Shown here one piece after another: positions 34,810-51,254 of a stretch of DNA of 64,000 nt. The DNA comes from the human T2T-CHM13v2.0 reference genome, Homo sapiens. The first letter of the stretch is position 1, and each line of letters begins with the position of its first letter. The stretch lies in NCBI RefSeq assembly GCF_009914755.1, contig NC_060941.1. One strand, 5' to 3'. Below the pieces are notes generated by a model. It worked only from the letters and a program-made list of their open reading frames with translations. It made no database searches and was not told the DNA's origin. Made by a program: the position numbers and the translations under genes.

Positions 34810-35365
34810 GTATTAAGCCGCGCCTTGCATCCCAGGGCAGCCAGGGATGGTAGGATGGGAACAGCTTGGGTGGGGTGGGCCCAGGAGCTGGAGGGTATGT
34901 GTCTGAGGTGGGTTTTTGTAGACCCCCCATTGGATGTTGTTCTGTTCCATCTTGTGAGTGAACCTCCTAGTGTAATGGCGGGAGCATGGATTTTGGAGAT
35001 AGCTCTGTGATATATTAGCTGGTGGGCTTGATTAAGTCACTGATTTTCTCTGAGCCTCAGTTTTCTCATCTGAGGGATGGGGGTGATGCTGGCACCTTTC
35101 TCAAGGCTGTGGGGATTCATAGAGATAATGTAGTTCATTCCATTTGTGTTGAGAATCAGCATAGAGAGTGGGCACAGAGCAGAGTCTAGGTATCTGCCCT
35201 CCATCCACCTTCTCCCCACCAACCCCCAAATAAGAGCAGGAACTACACAGTCTGGAGAAAGGGGAGCAGGAGGGTTAGAAGTCAGGCAGTGTAGAGAAGG
35301 GACAAGTGGTTTATGGGCCTAGAGGCGCTGAGCCACATGGTGGCTGATTTTCACTTTTTTCCTAG

Positions 35366-35394
35366 CCTTTGTCAAGCACATCATGTCAGGGTGA
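35366..35394 (+). CDS. MYL4: MYL4 coding exon 6 (AFVKHIMSG*); the exon ends at 35409
   Basis: CCTAG| acceptor, TGA at 35392-35394, donor CAG|GTGAGT at 35410. Total CDS 135+28+150+174+78+29 = 594 nt = 197 aa plus stop. Confidence 0.97.
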
Positions 35395-35860
35395 AGCAGA
35401 GTCTTCCAGGTGAGTGCAGCCTCTCCCTCCTGGTCCCTTCCGGGGTCACATAGGGCCTTAAGAATAACACCATGTGCCCTAGAAGGCATCTGTCCCAGCC
35501 CTGACCCCTTAAGAGGAAACCTCTTGGGATCAGGAAGTGAGGACAGCCCTGCTCACTCACCATCTCCTGTCTCCTGCCTGCCCTTGCCTGTTCACCCTGT
35601 CTTGACCCTATCAGTCACATCCTCTTGCCTCTCCCAGGATCTCTCAAGGCAATGCCCTTCCCTCAGGCCTGGGGCCTCCTGTACAGGCTCCTGGGAGTGA
35701 GAAAGCCGATCCCAAGTGGAAGAGAAGGTCCCTGGCCTGTGCTCTTGACCCCGTTCTTCCTCACTTCTTTCCCTAGGTTTTCCCTGGGATCCCCCTGGGT
35801 GTGGTAAGGGGCTGGGTCTAGGAGGGTGAAATGCCCTTTCCTCCTAGCACTTTCTTTCAG

Positions 35861-36010
35861 GTGCCTGGCCCTTGGCTTTAGCCATACCAGGGTGAGTTAA
35901 AGAGAGGCCCCGGCTGGGTGAGCTGAGATGGAGTCCTCGACTTATCACCACACCACTGCCCCAAGGACCTTACAGGCCCTCCCTGTTAATAAACAGCTCT
36001 AACACGGCCA
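35861..36010 (+). other. MYL4: MYL4 terminal 3'UTR exon
   Basis: Acceptor TTTCTTTCAG|; AATAAA at 35988; the 3' end is approximate. Confidence 0.85.
35988..35993 (+). terminator. MYL4: MYL4 polyadenylation signal
   Basis: AATAAA followed by U/GU-rich downstream elements (36038-36057; TG repeat at ~36090). Confidence 0.88.
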
Positions 36011-36491
36011 GGCTGGGCTCTGGGATTCTGACCAGTCTCTGTTTTGTTTGTTTTTTTAAAACTAATTAACGAATTGCATTGGTTTGCGTTGTGTGTGTGT
36101 GTGTGAGAGAGAGAGAGATAAAGTCACCTGAGGCCTCATGTGTGCTCAGAGAAATGAGTAGTATCTGGGAGCTAGGAGACAAGGACAAAAGCCTGTGGAT
36201 CTAGAGATATTGGGGTCAGACCCAGGAGAGCAAGCTCTGGAAGGCCAGCAGCTTGAGGAGTTGTCACCTGGAGGAGTTTTATTCCCTTTGGGCTCACCCT
36301 CTACCTAATCACACCTCCAGATGGCAGGCAGAGAGGGGCCAGGCTGAGGCAGGGACTCCTCCTTTGGTCCTTGCTCTTGCTGCTTTTAAACAAAAATTGT
36401 TGTAAAATACACATAACATGAAATTTACCATCTTAACCATTTTTAAGCATACAAGTCAGTAGAGTGAGGTATATTCACATTGTTGTGTAAC

Positions 36492-36817
36492 TGTATTAGT
36501 CTCTTTTCATGCTACTGATAAAGACATACCTGAAACTGGGAAGAAAAAGAGGTTTAATGGATTTACAGTTCCACATGGCTGGGGAGGCCTCACAATCATG
36601 GCGGAAGGCAAGGAGGAGCAAAGGCACATCTTACATGGATGGCGGCAGGCAAAGAGAGCTTGTGCAGGGAAATTCCCCTTTTAAAAACCATCAGATCTTG
36701 TGAGACTTATTCACTATCATGAGAACAGCATGGGAAAGTTACCTCCTACTGGGTCCCTCCCACAACACATGGGAATTCAAGATGAGATTTGAGTGGGGAC
36801 ACAGCCAAACCATATCA
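36492..36817 (-). mobile_element. THE1 (MaLR) solo LTR inserted in an L1M 3' remnant (~36385-37050)
   Basis: Reverse strand begins TGATATGGTTTGGCTGTGTCCCC; 5-bp TSD GTAAC/GTAAT. Confidence 0.9.
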
Positions 36818-39177
36818 GTAATGAATCTCCAGAACCTTTTCATTTCCACCAGCAGAAACACTGTACTCAATAAATAACTCCCCATTCCCTCCTTCCCCCA
36901 GCCCCTGGCAATCAGCATTCTACTTTCCATTTCTATGAATTTGACCACCCTGGATAAGTGAAATCAGACAGTGTTTGTCTTTTGTGACCGGCTTATTTCA
37001 CTTAGCACAATGTCCTCGTGTTCCTTTTTTAAGGCGGAATCATGTCCCATTGTATAGGTCAACCACGGTTTGGTTTGGTCCTCGCTTTTTTAGGTGCCTC
37101 TTCCTCTGAGTGCAAAGCTCCTGGTACCTGGTTCAGTCCTGCCTGTTCTGGACATCTCATTGACTCCAGACCCAGGATTCCAGCTCAGTGCCCTGGAAAG
37201 AGTCAGGGTCAGAGGTCAGGAACCTCAGGCTGAGAGAGGAGGAGAGTGGGGAGAGGCACGTGGAAAAGAGACGCCTGAAAACCAGCAATTGGGAAGAAGG
37301 AGCAAGATGATGTGAGGAAGTTAAACACACATGTATATGAGTAGAAATATTTATATGGGAGCACAGGGGTCCAGTCATCCCAGAAAGGGAGTCCTTACAT
37401 CCCTGAGGACTCCCCAAGGTGAAATAAATCCTTCCCATGGCCTTTCTGTTGCCTAACTATCAATCATCCAGCCACAGAACTCTGTGAAACATCTAAGAAT
37501 TCAGCCAAGGCTGCCTGCCTGTCATGGGAAGCTGAGAACCATGAGCCCAAGTTTGCTTTTCTTAGAATTTACAGTCTGGCTGGGGAGACAAGGCCAAGGT
37601 CTATATACATGCCCTTTGTTTCCCAGATTTTCTTTGAGGAAGGGTTTCAGCTTTGTGAGTGACTGGTTGAATCACAAAACCAGGGATCTTTATACGGTTG
37701 AGCAGGGGTTCATTGAATCCAGTGGTTCTCAAACTTTGGTTTAGACCCATAGCCTTTTGTTCGAACTAAATTTTATGGGGAAGTCAGTGCATGAAACTGA
37801 AGAGAACAGAGTTTCTCTGGCTGAGGAGGAGAGGGCTGGGTTCAGGCTTCTTGGAGCCTCTAACTAGGCTCCTTGGAGCAGAGCCAGTTCACCGATTAGT
37901 CAGACTTCCTAAGAGTCAAAATCAGGAAAACAGATCCTTAAATGGGAAGTGACTTAATCAAGGTCACAGCTAATGTTGACAAGGTCCCCTGAATTCTACA
38001 TTGTTTCAATTTTCAACACACCATTTTCAACCTGCCTTTGAAATGTTTTCCAAGCTTGGCTCTTAGGACTCTTTTCCTTGTCCCTACCTCGCAGACTGCT
38101 CTTTTTGGCCTCACTTTCTGCTCCTTTTCTTTAAATCACACCCCCAGTTTGAAATGCCAACATTCTCCTTAGCACTGGGGCCTCGTCAGGTTTTCCTCCT
38201 TCCCTTCTTTTTTTTTTTTTTTTTTTTTGGTTTTTTAACATTTATTTTAGGTTCAGGGGCACATGTGCAGGTTTGTTACATAGGTAAATTGCATGTCTCA
38301 GGGGTTTGGTGTACAGATTATTTCACCACCCAGGTAATATACATAGTACCTGATAGGTAGTTTTTTGATCCTCACCCTCCTCCCTCTCTTCTTTCTTTCT
38401 TCAGCAAGTATTTATTGCTCACTGTATTCACTTGTGAGGAACTGGAGTTAAGGTTCCCAGTGATTTGAAAACTGAAAGTGTTTTCCTTGCCCAAAGTAGC
38501 TTACTGTCCACTTAAGCAAGCACATAAGTATCCAGGGATAAATAGAGAATGATCCCCAAATAGCATAGGGATAACTCCATCTATGTAACATACAGTGTAA
38601 GTTTTAAGGAACCAATACAAGGAGGAACCAGAAAGAAGTGAGGCATTACAAATATTTTCTCTGGGAGAAGGGCTTTCAGTGAGACCTTAAAGGAAAAGGT
38701 GCCCCAAGGTTGGTGCTTAGCCCCAGGGAGAAGAAGAGCATGAACAGAGGTCATAGCTCACTTACTAATTCAACAGATGCCCATTGGGTACCTGCTGTGC
38801 ACATGGCACTGGCATGAGCCTTGGGGATATACTGAACCACACAGACATGGCCCCTGTCCTCAAGGAGCTTTCAGTCTAGTGGGAAGACAGACATTAGTTA
38901 TAATCATGTGACAACATCAGCCAACATTTATTGAACACAGTATTAATTAAGATTATATTTGGCTGTGCGTATGGACACCAAAACACAGTGGCTTAAGAGA
39001 CATGGAAGTGCGTTTCTTCCTCCCATTACAATCCAGAGATTGGCAGTCCCTGGCTGGCACAGCCGGCATGCTCCACAGTCCTCAGGGACCCAAGTTCTTT
39101 TATCGTATGGTGTCTCAGTGTGTGACCTCTACACATGGTCTAAGATGCTGCTCCGGCTCAGCCATCACTTCCACTGA

Positions 39178-39590
<413 letters not shown>

Positions 39591-39780
39591 TGAAGACAGA
39601 AGAGACTCTTGTCCTCCTAGTCATCCCTTCCCCAACCCTGTACTTTGCCCGGCCCATAACTAAGGTTTGGCACTTGCCCCTCCTGGGAAGAGGTATGCAT
39701 AAAAAGTGACTAAATAAAGTTCACGATTTTCTTCAACTAGACTGACTTCCACTATTTCGAACCCAGATCCAGACCATGTA

Positions 39781-40255
39781 CAGTTGACCCTTGAACAACA
39801 TAGGCTTGAACTGTGTGGATCCATTTATATACAGACACTTTTCAATAAAATTTACACTGAATGTGCCTGTCCCTCCTGCCTCTCCTTTCACCTCCACCTC
39901 CTCTTCCACCTCTGCCACCCTAGGACCGCAAGACCAACCCTTCCTCCTCCTCAGCCTACTCAACCTGAAGACAAGGAAGATGAAGGCCTTGAAGATTATC
40001 CACTTCCACTTACTAGTAAATATATTTTCTTTTCCTTATGATTTTCTTAATTTTTTTCTCCAACTTACTTTATTATAAGAATACAGTCTATAATATATAG
40101 ATACAAAATATGTTAAATTTTTATGCTTTTCGTAAGGCTTCCAGTCAACAGTAGGCCATTAGTAGTTAAGTTTTTGGGGAATCAAAAGTTATATGCACAT
40201 TTTGATTGCACGTGGGTTGGTGCCTCCAACCTCTACGTTGTTCATGGGTCAACCA
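39781..40255 (+). mobile_element. Tigger2a-like DNA transposon
   Basis: TA-flanked TIRs CAGTTGACCCTTGAACAAC ... GTTGTTCATGGGTCAACCA. Confidence 0.8.
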
Positions 40256-41033
40256 TAATTTATGGAAATAGGACTGAGCCCACTGGGGGCCCTTCCACCA
40301 CCCTGAGGGGTTCCTGACTGAGGGCCTGAGAAGGTGGCATCTCAGGCAGGATGAGTGTGAGTAAGTGGGCCAGAAGGAGGAGGGGAAAGGTGTCCCAGCT
40401 CGGGGGAAGATTTAAGGGGGGCTCTGGCCTGGAGCCAGCAATGGCACCATCCTGAAGGGATGATGACACATGAGGGGACACAGGGAAGCTGCTTCTGTGG
40501 AAAGAGAGTATGACTGTGTGTTCCCCAAAGGCCAGGCTTTCTGCTCCCTGTGGACAGATGCTGGGGAGAAAGTTGCCCAGAAAGTTATCAGAGGATGGGT
40601 ATCTTCATGGAAACTTCCCACTGTCAGAGGAACGAACAGCCAGTGACCTTCAGGAGGGAGGTGGGAAAGGAGCAGAGGGGGAGAGGGTATTCAGGGGCCT
40701 TCTGTAAGTCTCCTCCCTGTCCACTGCCACAGGCCCCTGACAGAGGCCAGAGCCTCTACTACCCCGCGGAGAGAAAATGAGCAAAGCGGTCACTAGAGCT
40801 AAGATGATGATCATATGAGGTCCCCTGATGTCAAAGGTGAATTTCAGAGAGATGATAATAAAGAGCATCATCAACTTACTGAGCACCTACTATGTGCTGG
40901 CACTGTGCTAAGCACTTCTATCATTCTGTCATAGCAGTTTAGGAGTTTATGTATTTATTAATTAAAAACATTTATTAATTTAATTATTAATTTAAAAATA
41001 CATAGGAAGAATAATAACAACAAACTCGACTCA

Positions 41034-41743
<710 letters not shown>

Positions 41744-43042
41744 CTAATTAGGACTTAAAAGAGCTCCTATCCCCTACTGGGTCATTTCCAAACCTTTCTA
41801 TTTAACTTCTAAGGCCTTCCTTTATTTGCCCCAAATCTGCTAGAGGCATCACTGGCTGAAGCCAGCTGATCTTTCTTTCTGTTAGCTCCCCAGTGCTGCT
41901 TCCCTCTCCCCTTCTCTCCTCACCCCAGGACCTCTTGATTCATCTTGTTTCTCTCTCCTGATACGTGCCCCATTCTGTTCATCCACCTTATTCCCACCCT
42001 TCAATACGCAAGTCAGGCTCACCTCTTCCCTAGAGATTTTCCCATCTGTATTAATTAGTGATGGTCACAATTTAGTCTCCCTAACACAGTCGCCAGACTG
42101 GAACTGTAGAGCTACAGGAGACCCTGCAGACTTCTAGTAGACTGTAATCACCTGAGGGCCACGGTTAGCAGAGTGTCATCACGCGTTTGGCATCCTAAAC
42201 AAACTCCGTTGACCAGGGCTTTTAGGGAAAACGGTGTTGGAGATGGCTGGTGGCGCAATACCTACCTTCCACCACTAGATGACAAACTTGCAACAGCGTG
42301 CTTCCAACAGGACGCCCACGTTTGACACGTTCCTGAGACGCTGAAGAAAACCGATTGCCAGCCCGGGCTGAAAGGAAACTTGAGAAATCACTTAGTCCGT
42401 CTCTTTGCCTTCAGACAAATGGAGTTTTTGTTTACTTTTAAAGACTCACAGCAATTCGTTCGCTTGCTTCAGTACCCCCACAAAGGTTTTGCAATGAGGG
42501 GTCATAGAGAGGACACTTGTGGACATGTGGGGACCTGGTCAAGTCACATCCCCACTCAACCTCAGTCCACAGGTTGCAAAATGAGGGAATCGATTAGATC
42601 ATGGTTCATGTCCCTTCCAGCTCTCTGATACTAATCATTTAGCATTCAGCAACTCCCTCTCACTACAGTCAGCCTTAGTCCATTTGTTTCGTTTTGATCC
42701 TTATTGTATATGTGTGTTTAGAACCTCCAGCGGTGGGAAGCATTCATTCAAAATAAATTATTGAGTGCACAGCAGTAGGTACTTCAGGATATAAAAACAA
42801 AGTCATCTGTGGTCTCTCCCTCTATGAGTTTATACTCTACTTGAGGGAAAAAATATATAAGTGGAGCTGAACTATATTAAAAGACAAAATAATCGAAATG
42901 ACACTAGGCAGTGTATGTCTAAGGAGCAAGGGAGAGGTGTGGGACCAGGACACTAGGAGCTCAGAGGAGGAGGGGTGGTCAGGGAGGGCTTTAAGGAGGA
43001 GAGGTGGCAAGCTCTGATGGAATATCAATAGACAAGAACTCA

Positions 43043-45001
<1,959 letters not shown>

Positions 45002-45809
45002 TAAACATTTTTTTTTTAGAGATAGGGTCTTGCTATGTTGCCCAGGCTGGGCTTGAACTCCTGGCCCCAGGTGATTCTCCTGCCTCAGCCTCCTAAAGTG
45101 CTGGGATTATAGGCATGAGCCACCATGCCCGGCCTAGAATTTCAATTTTGAGTACCATTCATTCTTTTTACAATAGAAACTGAGGTTCTTAACCATAGAA
45201 AACCATTGTAGGCATATTTCTGCTGTTTTTCCAAGGGGAGGATTTGTCCTTTTTGTTATATTTTCAAAGGGGTCAGAGGCCTAAAAAAAAAAAAAAAAAA
45301 GGTTAAGAACTGCTGTTTCAGGGCCTTTGTGGGATACTGTTTATCTTTTTCCTGAATGTTTTGACATTGCATCTGGTGTAGCCAGTCTTCCTCTCAGGCT
45401 ACCATGAACTCCAAGATAGCTCATCTCTTTCTCCCAGGACTCTCTTCACTTCCAGCTCTGCCCCCCGCCATTCTTTGGGTCACTCTTGGGTTTAAAGAGA
45501 CAGTTCCACTTATAACTTTTACTCCTTTGTGGGGCCACTTAGATCTGCATAAACACCAAGCTCCTCTCAATCTTGTTCCAAACCCTGCTGGATCTGCAAG
45601 GGGCACATATCCCCTAGTAGGAACTGAGGGCGCACAGGCTTGCACACCACTGAGGCCACCTCTTTTCCTCTCTTCCTTTGTCAGGTTCTGATGGCCTCCA
45701 CTGGGTGTCCTCCCTCAGATGGTCAGGTTCCCAGTAGATCTGAATCTTCCTGATGATCAGCACTTACTCACATGCCTCCATTCCTATCAGTTTAATTCCT
45801 TCCTTTCTT

Positions 45810-47920
<2,111 letters not shown>

Positions 47921-48457
47921 TTATGCTGTTTCAAGTGCTTTGTGTACATTATTCATTTACCCTTCCCAGAGATTCCTCATGAGGTAGGTGTGGTTATCCC
48001 CATTCTACAGATGAGAAAACTGAGGCTTCTGGAGGTTAAGTAACTCTCACCAGGGCACTCAGTGAGTGGGTGGAAGCTTCAGGAATCAGGCCCACATCAG
48101 CTCGCTGCCTGTGTTCTTAGCGCCATGCCTTATTGCCCTTTGCTTTCCTTGGCCCCACCCCAGTTTTCTCTACCCAATGCCGTGAAGTAGGAAACAAAAA
48201 CTACCTGGTTGTCCCTCACCACCAGTCAAACTTTTCACCTTGTCAAGTCACTTTCTCCTCCTGGGCTTCAGTTTCCTTTTGCAGTATAGGAGACAAAGGT
48301 GCTCTGGGATCCCTTCCAGCTCTTTTTCTCCCCTCTTCTCCAGCTTTGGTTACTCAGCCATCATGTACCATTTTGGCCACCAAATAACATGACACTAGGA
48401 ATACTCAAAGAAGTGTAGAGCAAAGCATTCAGGCCTTGGTACAAACCTGCTAGCAGG

Positions 48458-48488
<31 letters not shown>

Positions 48489-48490
48489 AT
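48458..48490. repeat. (TAAA)n tetranucleotide repeat
   Basis: Seen directly. Confidence 0.92.
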
Positions 48491-48876
48491 CCGACCAACA
48501 CTTAACAAAATTAGGGCAGAAATACTGAAATGATTTAGAGTACAGAAATGATCAGAGACTAGAGGTGAGTTAGGGACACTTCCCAGGGAATAAGAGCCAA
48601 AGAGACCTTAAATTAAAGGAAATGAGGAATGCTGCTTGCGGCTCCAGTTGGGAAGGTGGAATGAGGGGATGTGTCCTGGTGACCCTGTCCCCTGGTCCTT
48701 TCTTTGTGGCATCTGGTTGCAATGAGTCTTGTGGGTTGTGGGAGAAGAGATGGAGTGGGTAGGGAGTAGCAGGAGAGACAGTAAGTCACTTGTGTCATGT
48801 GATTTGTAACTCAGGTATACCTATTACTAAATTTCTTTTTTCCGTGAATGGGACTCAGATTATTTGGACTTGGTAG

Positions 48877-51254
48877 TGTTATTGGATCTTTGGAGTGTTG
48901 CTTTTCTGGTGGGAAACGTCTGTGGCCAACAGCGCCTTTGCCCAAGTTTTGCTCAGGCCTACTGGGCTTGTTCCACCCACTCGGCCTGGCAGGCCATGCT
49001 CCGCTCACATTATCGGCCTGAATCCCATGCCTTCAAGGGAGACTGCAAGTCAGACATGGAGTGGTAAGGGGTGCATGAGTGAGCATGGGGTCTAGCCACT
49101 GTGCGCAGTTGGACATGCCGGCTGCTGCCACAGGGTGGGCAGCTCCAGGTGGTAACATGGGTGCCAGCTCTCTGTGAGGCTGCTGCTGGACTGGGTGCAC
49201 AAATAGCTTCCCTGGCTGGCAGTGGGGAATGCAGTGGCACCCAGAAGCTTGGAGATGCCAGGAACTGCAGGGCCCCAAAGAGGGAGTCACAGCCCTGGCT
49301 TGGGGAGCTCCCAGGTCTGAGATTCCTAAAGGGCCACAGATTTTCTCTCCTCTTTGCCCCCAATGGGGCAAGCAAGCGGCATGTTTCAGCACTGTTTGTG
49401 TTACAGCTCTTTTAGCCTTGCCATTTGGCAGGTCCTAAGTTATTGCCCTGCAACCAGGAAGAATGAGTACATAGACAAGTGGAGGGTGAGCAAGATGAAG
49501 AGGAGCTTTATGGAGCAACAGAACAGCTCAGAGGAGACCTGTAGTGAGCGGCTCCTCTCCATAGCCAGGGTGTCCCAATAAGTGTTCAGCTCTCAGCAGA
49601 GAGGGTAGCTCCTCTCTGCAGCTGGTCATCTCCTCAGCTCTCAGCAGACAGGAGACCCTGGGGTGGGCAGCTCCTCTGGGGAGGGCAGCTCCTCTCTGCA
49701 GCTGGTCATCACCTCCCTGGCTGTCATGCTTTCCCTCCTCTGCTCAGTCTGGCTGAGTCCAGGGTTTTTATGGGCTTCATAAGGGAGGAAGTGCATGCTG
49801 ATTTGTCCATAGGTGGCTATGGGCAGGGTTCAGAGAAAAGCACTTCAGGTTCCCTCTCTGGTCTTGGACTGGCAGCTGCCCCCCACCCTGCCACTCCCTT
49901 GAAAGTGGAGCTTCACTGGGGACCCTCCCTCTTCCACCCAGGAGCCTGTCTGCCTCCTGTCCACTTCATGGTGCCCAGGCTGTTCAGTCAGCAGGCCAGC
50001 TCCGGGCTGTCCTCAGCACTCCCCTCAGCCTCCTTCCTGTGCTTGTTGGCACCCACAGTCCAGAGGGGACCAAGGCAGCAGGGGCCTGGTGTGTCAGCAC
50101 TGCCTCAAGTGTGTGCATCCCAGGCAGGGCTGTGACAGTGCCCAGGCTAGGCCCTGGCCTTGCTCTGAGATCAGAGTGGGTGCCAACAGTGGGGAGAAGC
50201 CAGGCAGCGGGAGTAGGCACCCCCGAGCTTGCAGGGGGTAGAGGGACCTTCCTGGGCTCCCAAGAGTGCAGAAATGCCTGATTCCACAGGGCAGGGTGGC
50301 TGCAGCAGCACCTGGGGAGTTCCCACCCACCAACTTGGAAGGGGTGGGGCTTCTGCTAGTCCCTGGCTCCTGCTGGCTCTGTGGAGCGAGCGGCCCTGGC
50401 GGTGCCTCCTCACAGTCTGGAGTGAGGTCTTCAAGTTTTCACTGGGCCTGGGCCTGGGCCAGGCATCTGGTGTAAGGGTGTCATTGTCATGAGTTACCAT
50501 GGCCCCAATGCTCAGGGATGGCCCAGGGCTCTCCCCCGCCCTGTCAGACCCTGCCCAGGGGTGCCTCCAGGAGTGACTTCGAGAGTGGATTGTAGGTCCT
50601 GAGCCCGGCCATCAGGAGTGTCAGGCTCGGTGGTCACCCTGATGTAGGGCAGATCCTGGGGATGCAGCCCCGGCAACCCTGCGCAGAGCCTCCTCTTGAG
50701 GCACAGGAACCCCTGCTCTCAGTGGGTTGGGCACGTGGCCGTACTGCTGGCTGGGTCTCTAAGCAGGGGCCGCTCCCGCTTTCCACCCCCGGTCCCCTAA
50801 GCACGGCCCCAGCTCTGCGCCCCAGGCCCCTCTCTGCACACCTCTCTGTGCCCAACTGCATTGTTCCCCTGCAGGCTGGTGACTGGGCCTGGCCCCATTG
50901 CGGTGGCCCCCAGGGCGGCGGGCTCTGGGGCAGCTCCCTGGGCTGGGCTCTGGGGACTGTCATCCTCCTCCCCACACCCTCCCCGCAGCCGCGGTGGGCA
51001 AGAGTGGCGACATGGGGGCAGGGTCAAAAGTGATGGAGGCTCCAGGCCTGGGGGTGGGTCCCACCCAGCCGTGTGATGGTGAGGGCGGTGCAGTCGGCTG
51101 CCTCGGGATGCAGGGCACATGGGACGTGGGGCGCAGGGGTCCCACCGCCGCCACTGCCACTCCCACAGCTGCTCCTGTCGCCACTGCTGGCTCCTCCCTG
51201 CTGCAGCTGGTGTGATGGTAAGCCCCTGCTTCGGATGGCCCGCTGCTGCCATCA
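48877..51254 (-). mobile_element. Long GC-rich ERV1 solo LTR, MER52 family
   Basis: TG...CA termini; reverse strand begins TGATGGCAGCAGCGGGCCATCCGAAGC and ends ...AAAGATCCAATAACA; near-TSD GTAG/GTAA. Confidence 0.78.

Noticed and set aside
35777-35803. Possible 27-nt cassette exon in the last MYL4 intron
   Set aside because: The downstream intron would be only 57 nt, below the usual human minimum; at most this is an alternative acceptor.
49396-49414. GTGTTACAGCTCTTTTAG match to the U7 snRNA 5' end
   Set aside because: No Sm site or hairpin follows; it is the AAGAGCTGTAACAC motif common in ERV1 LTRs and lies inside the MER52 element.
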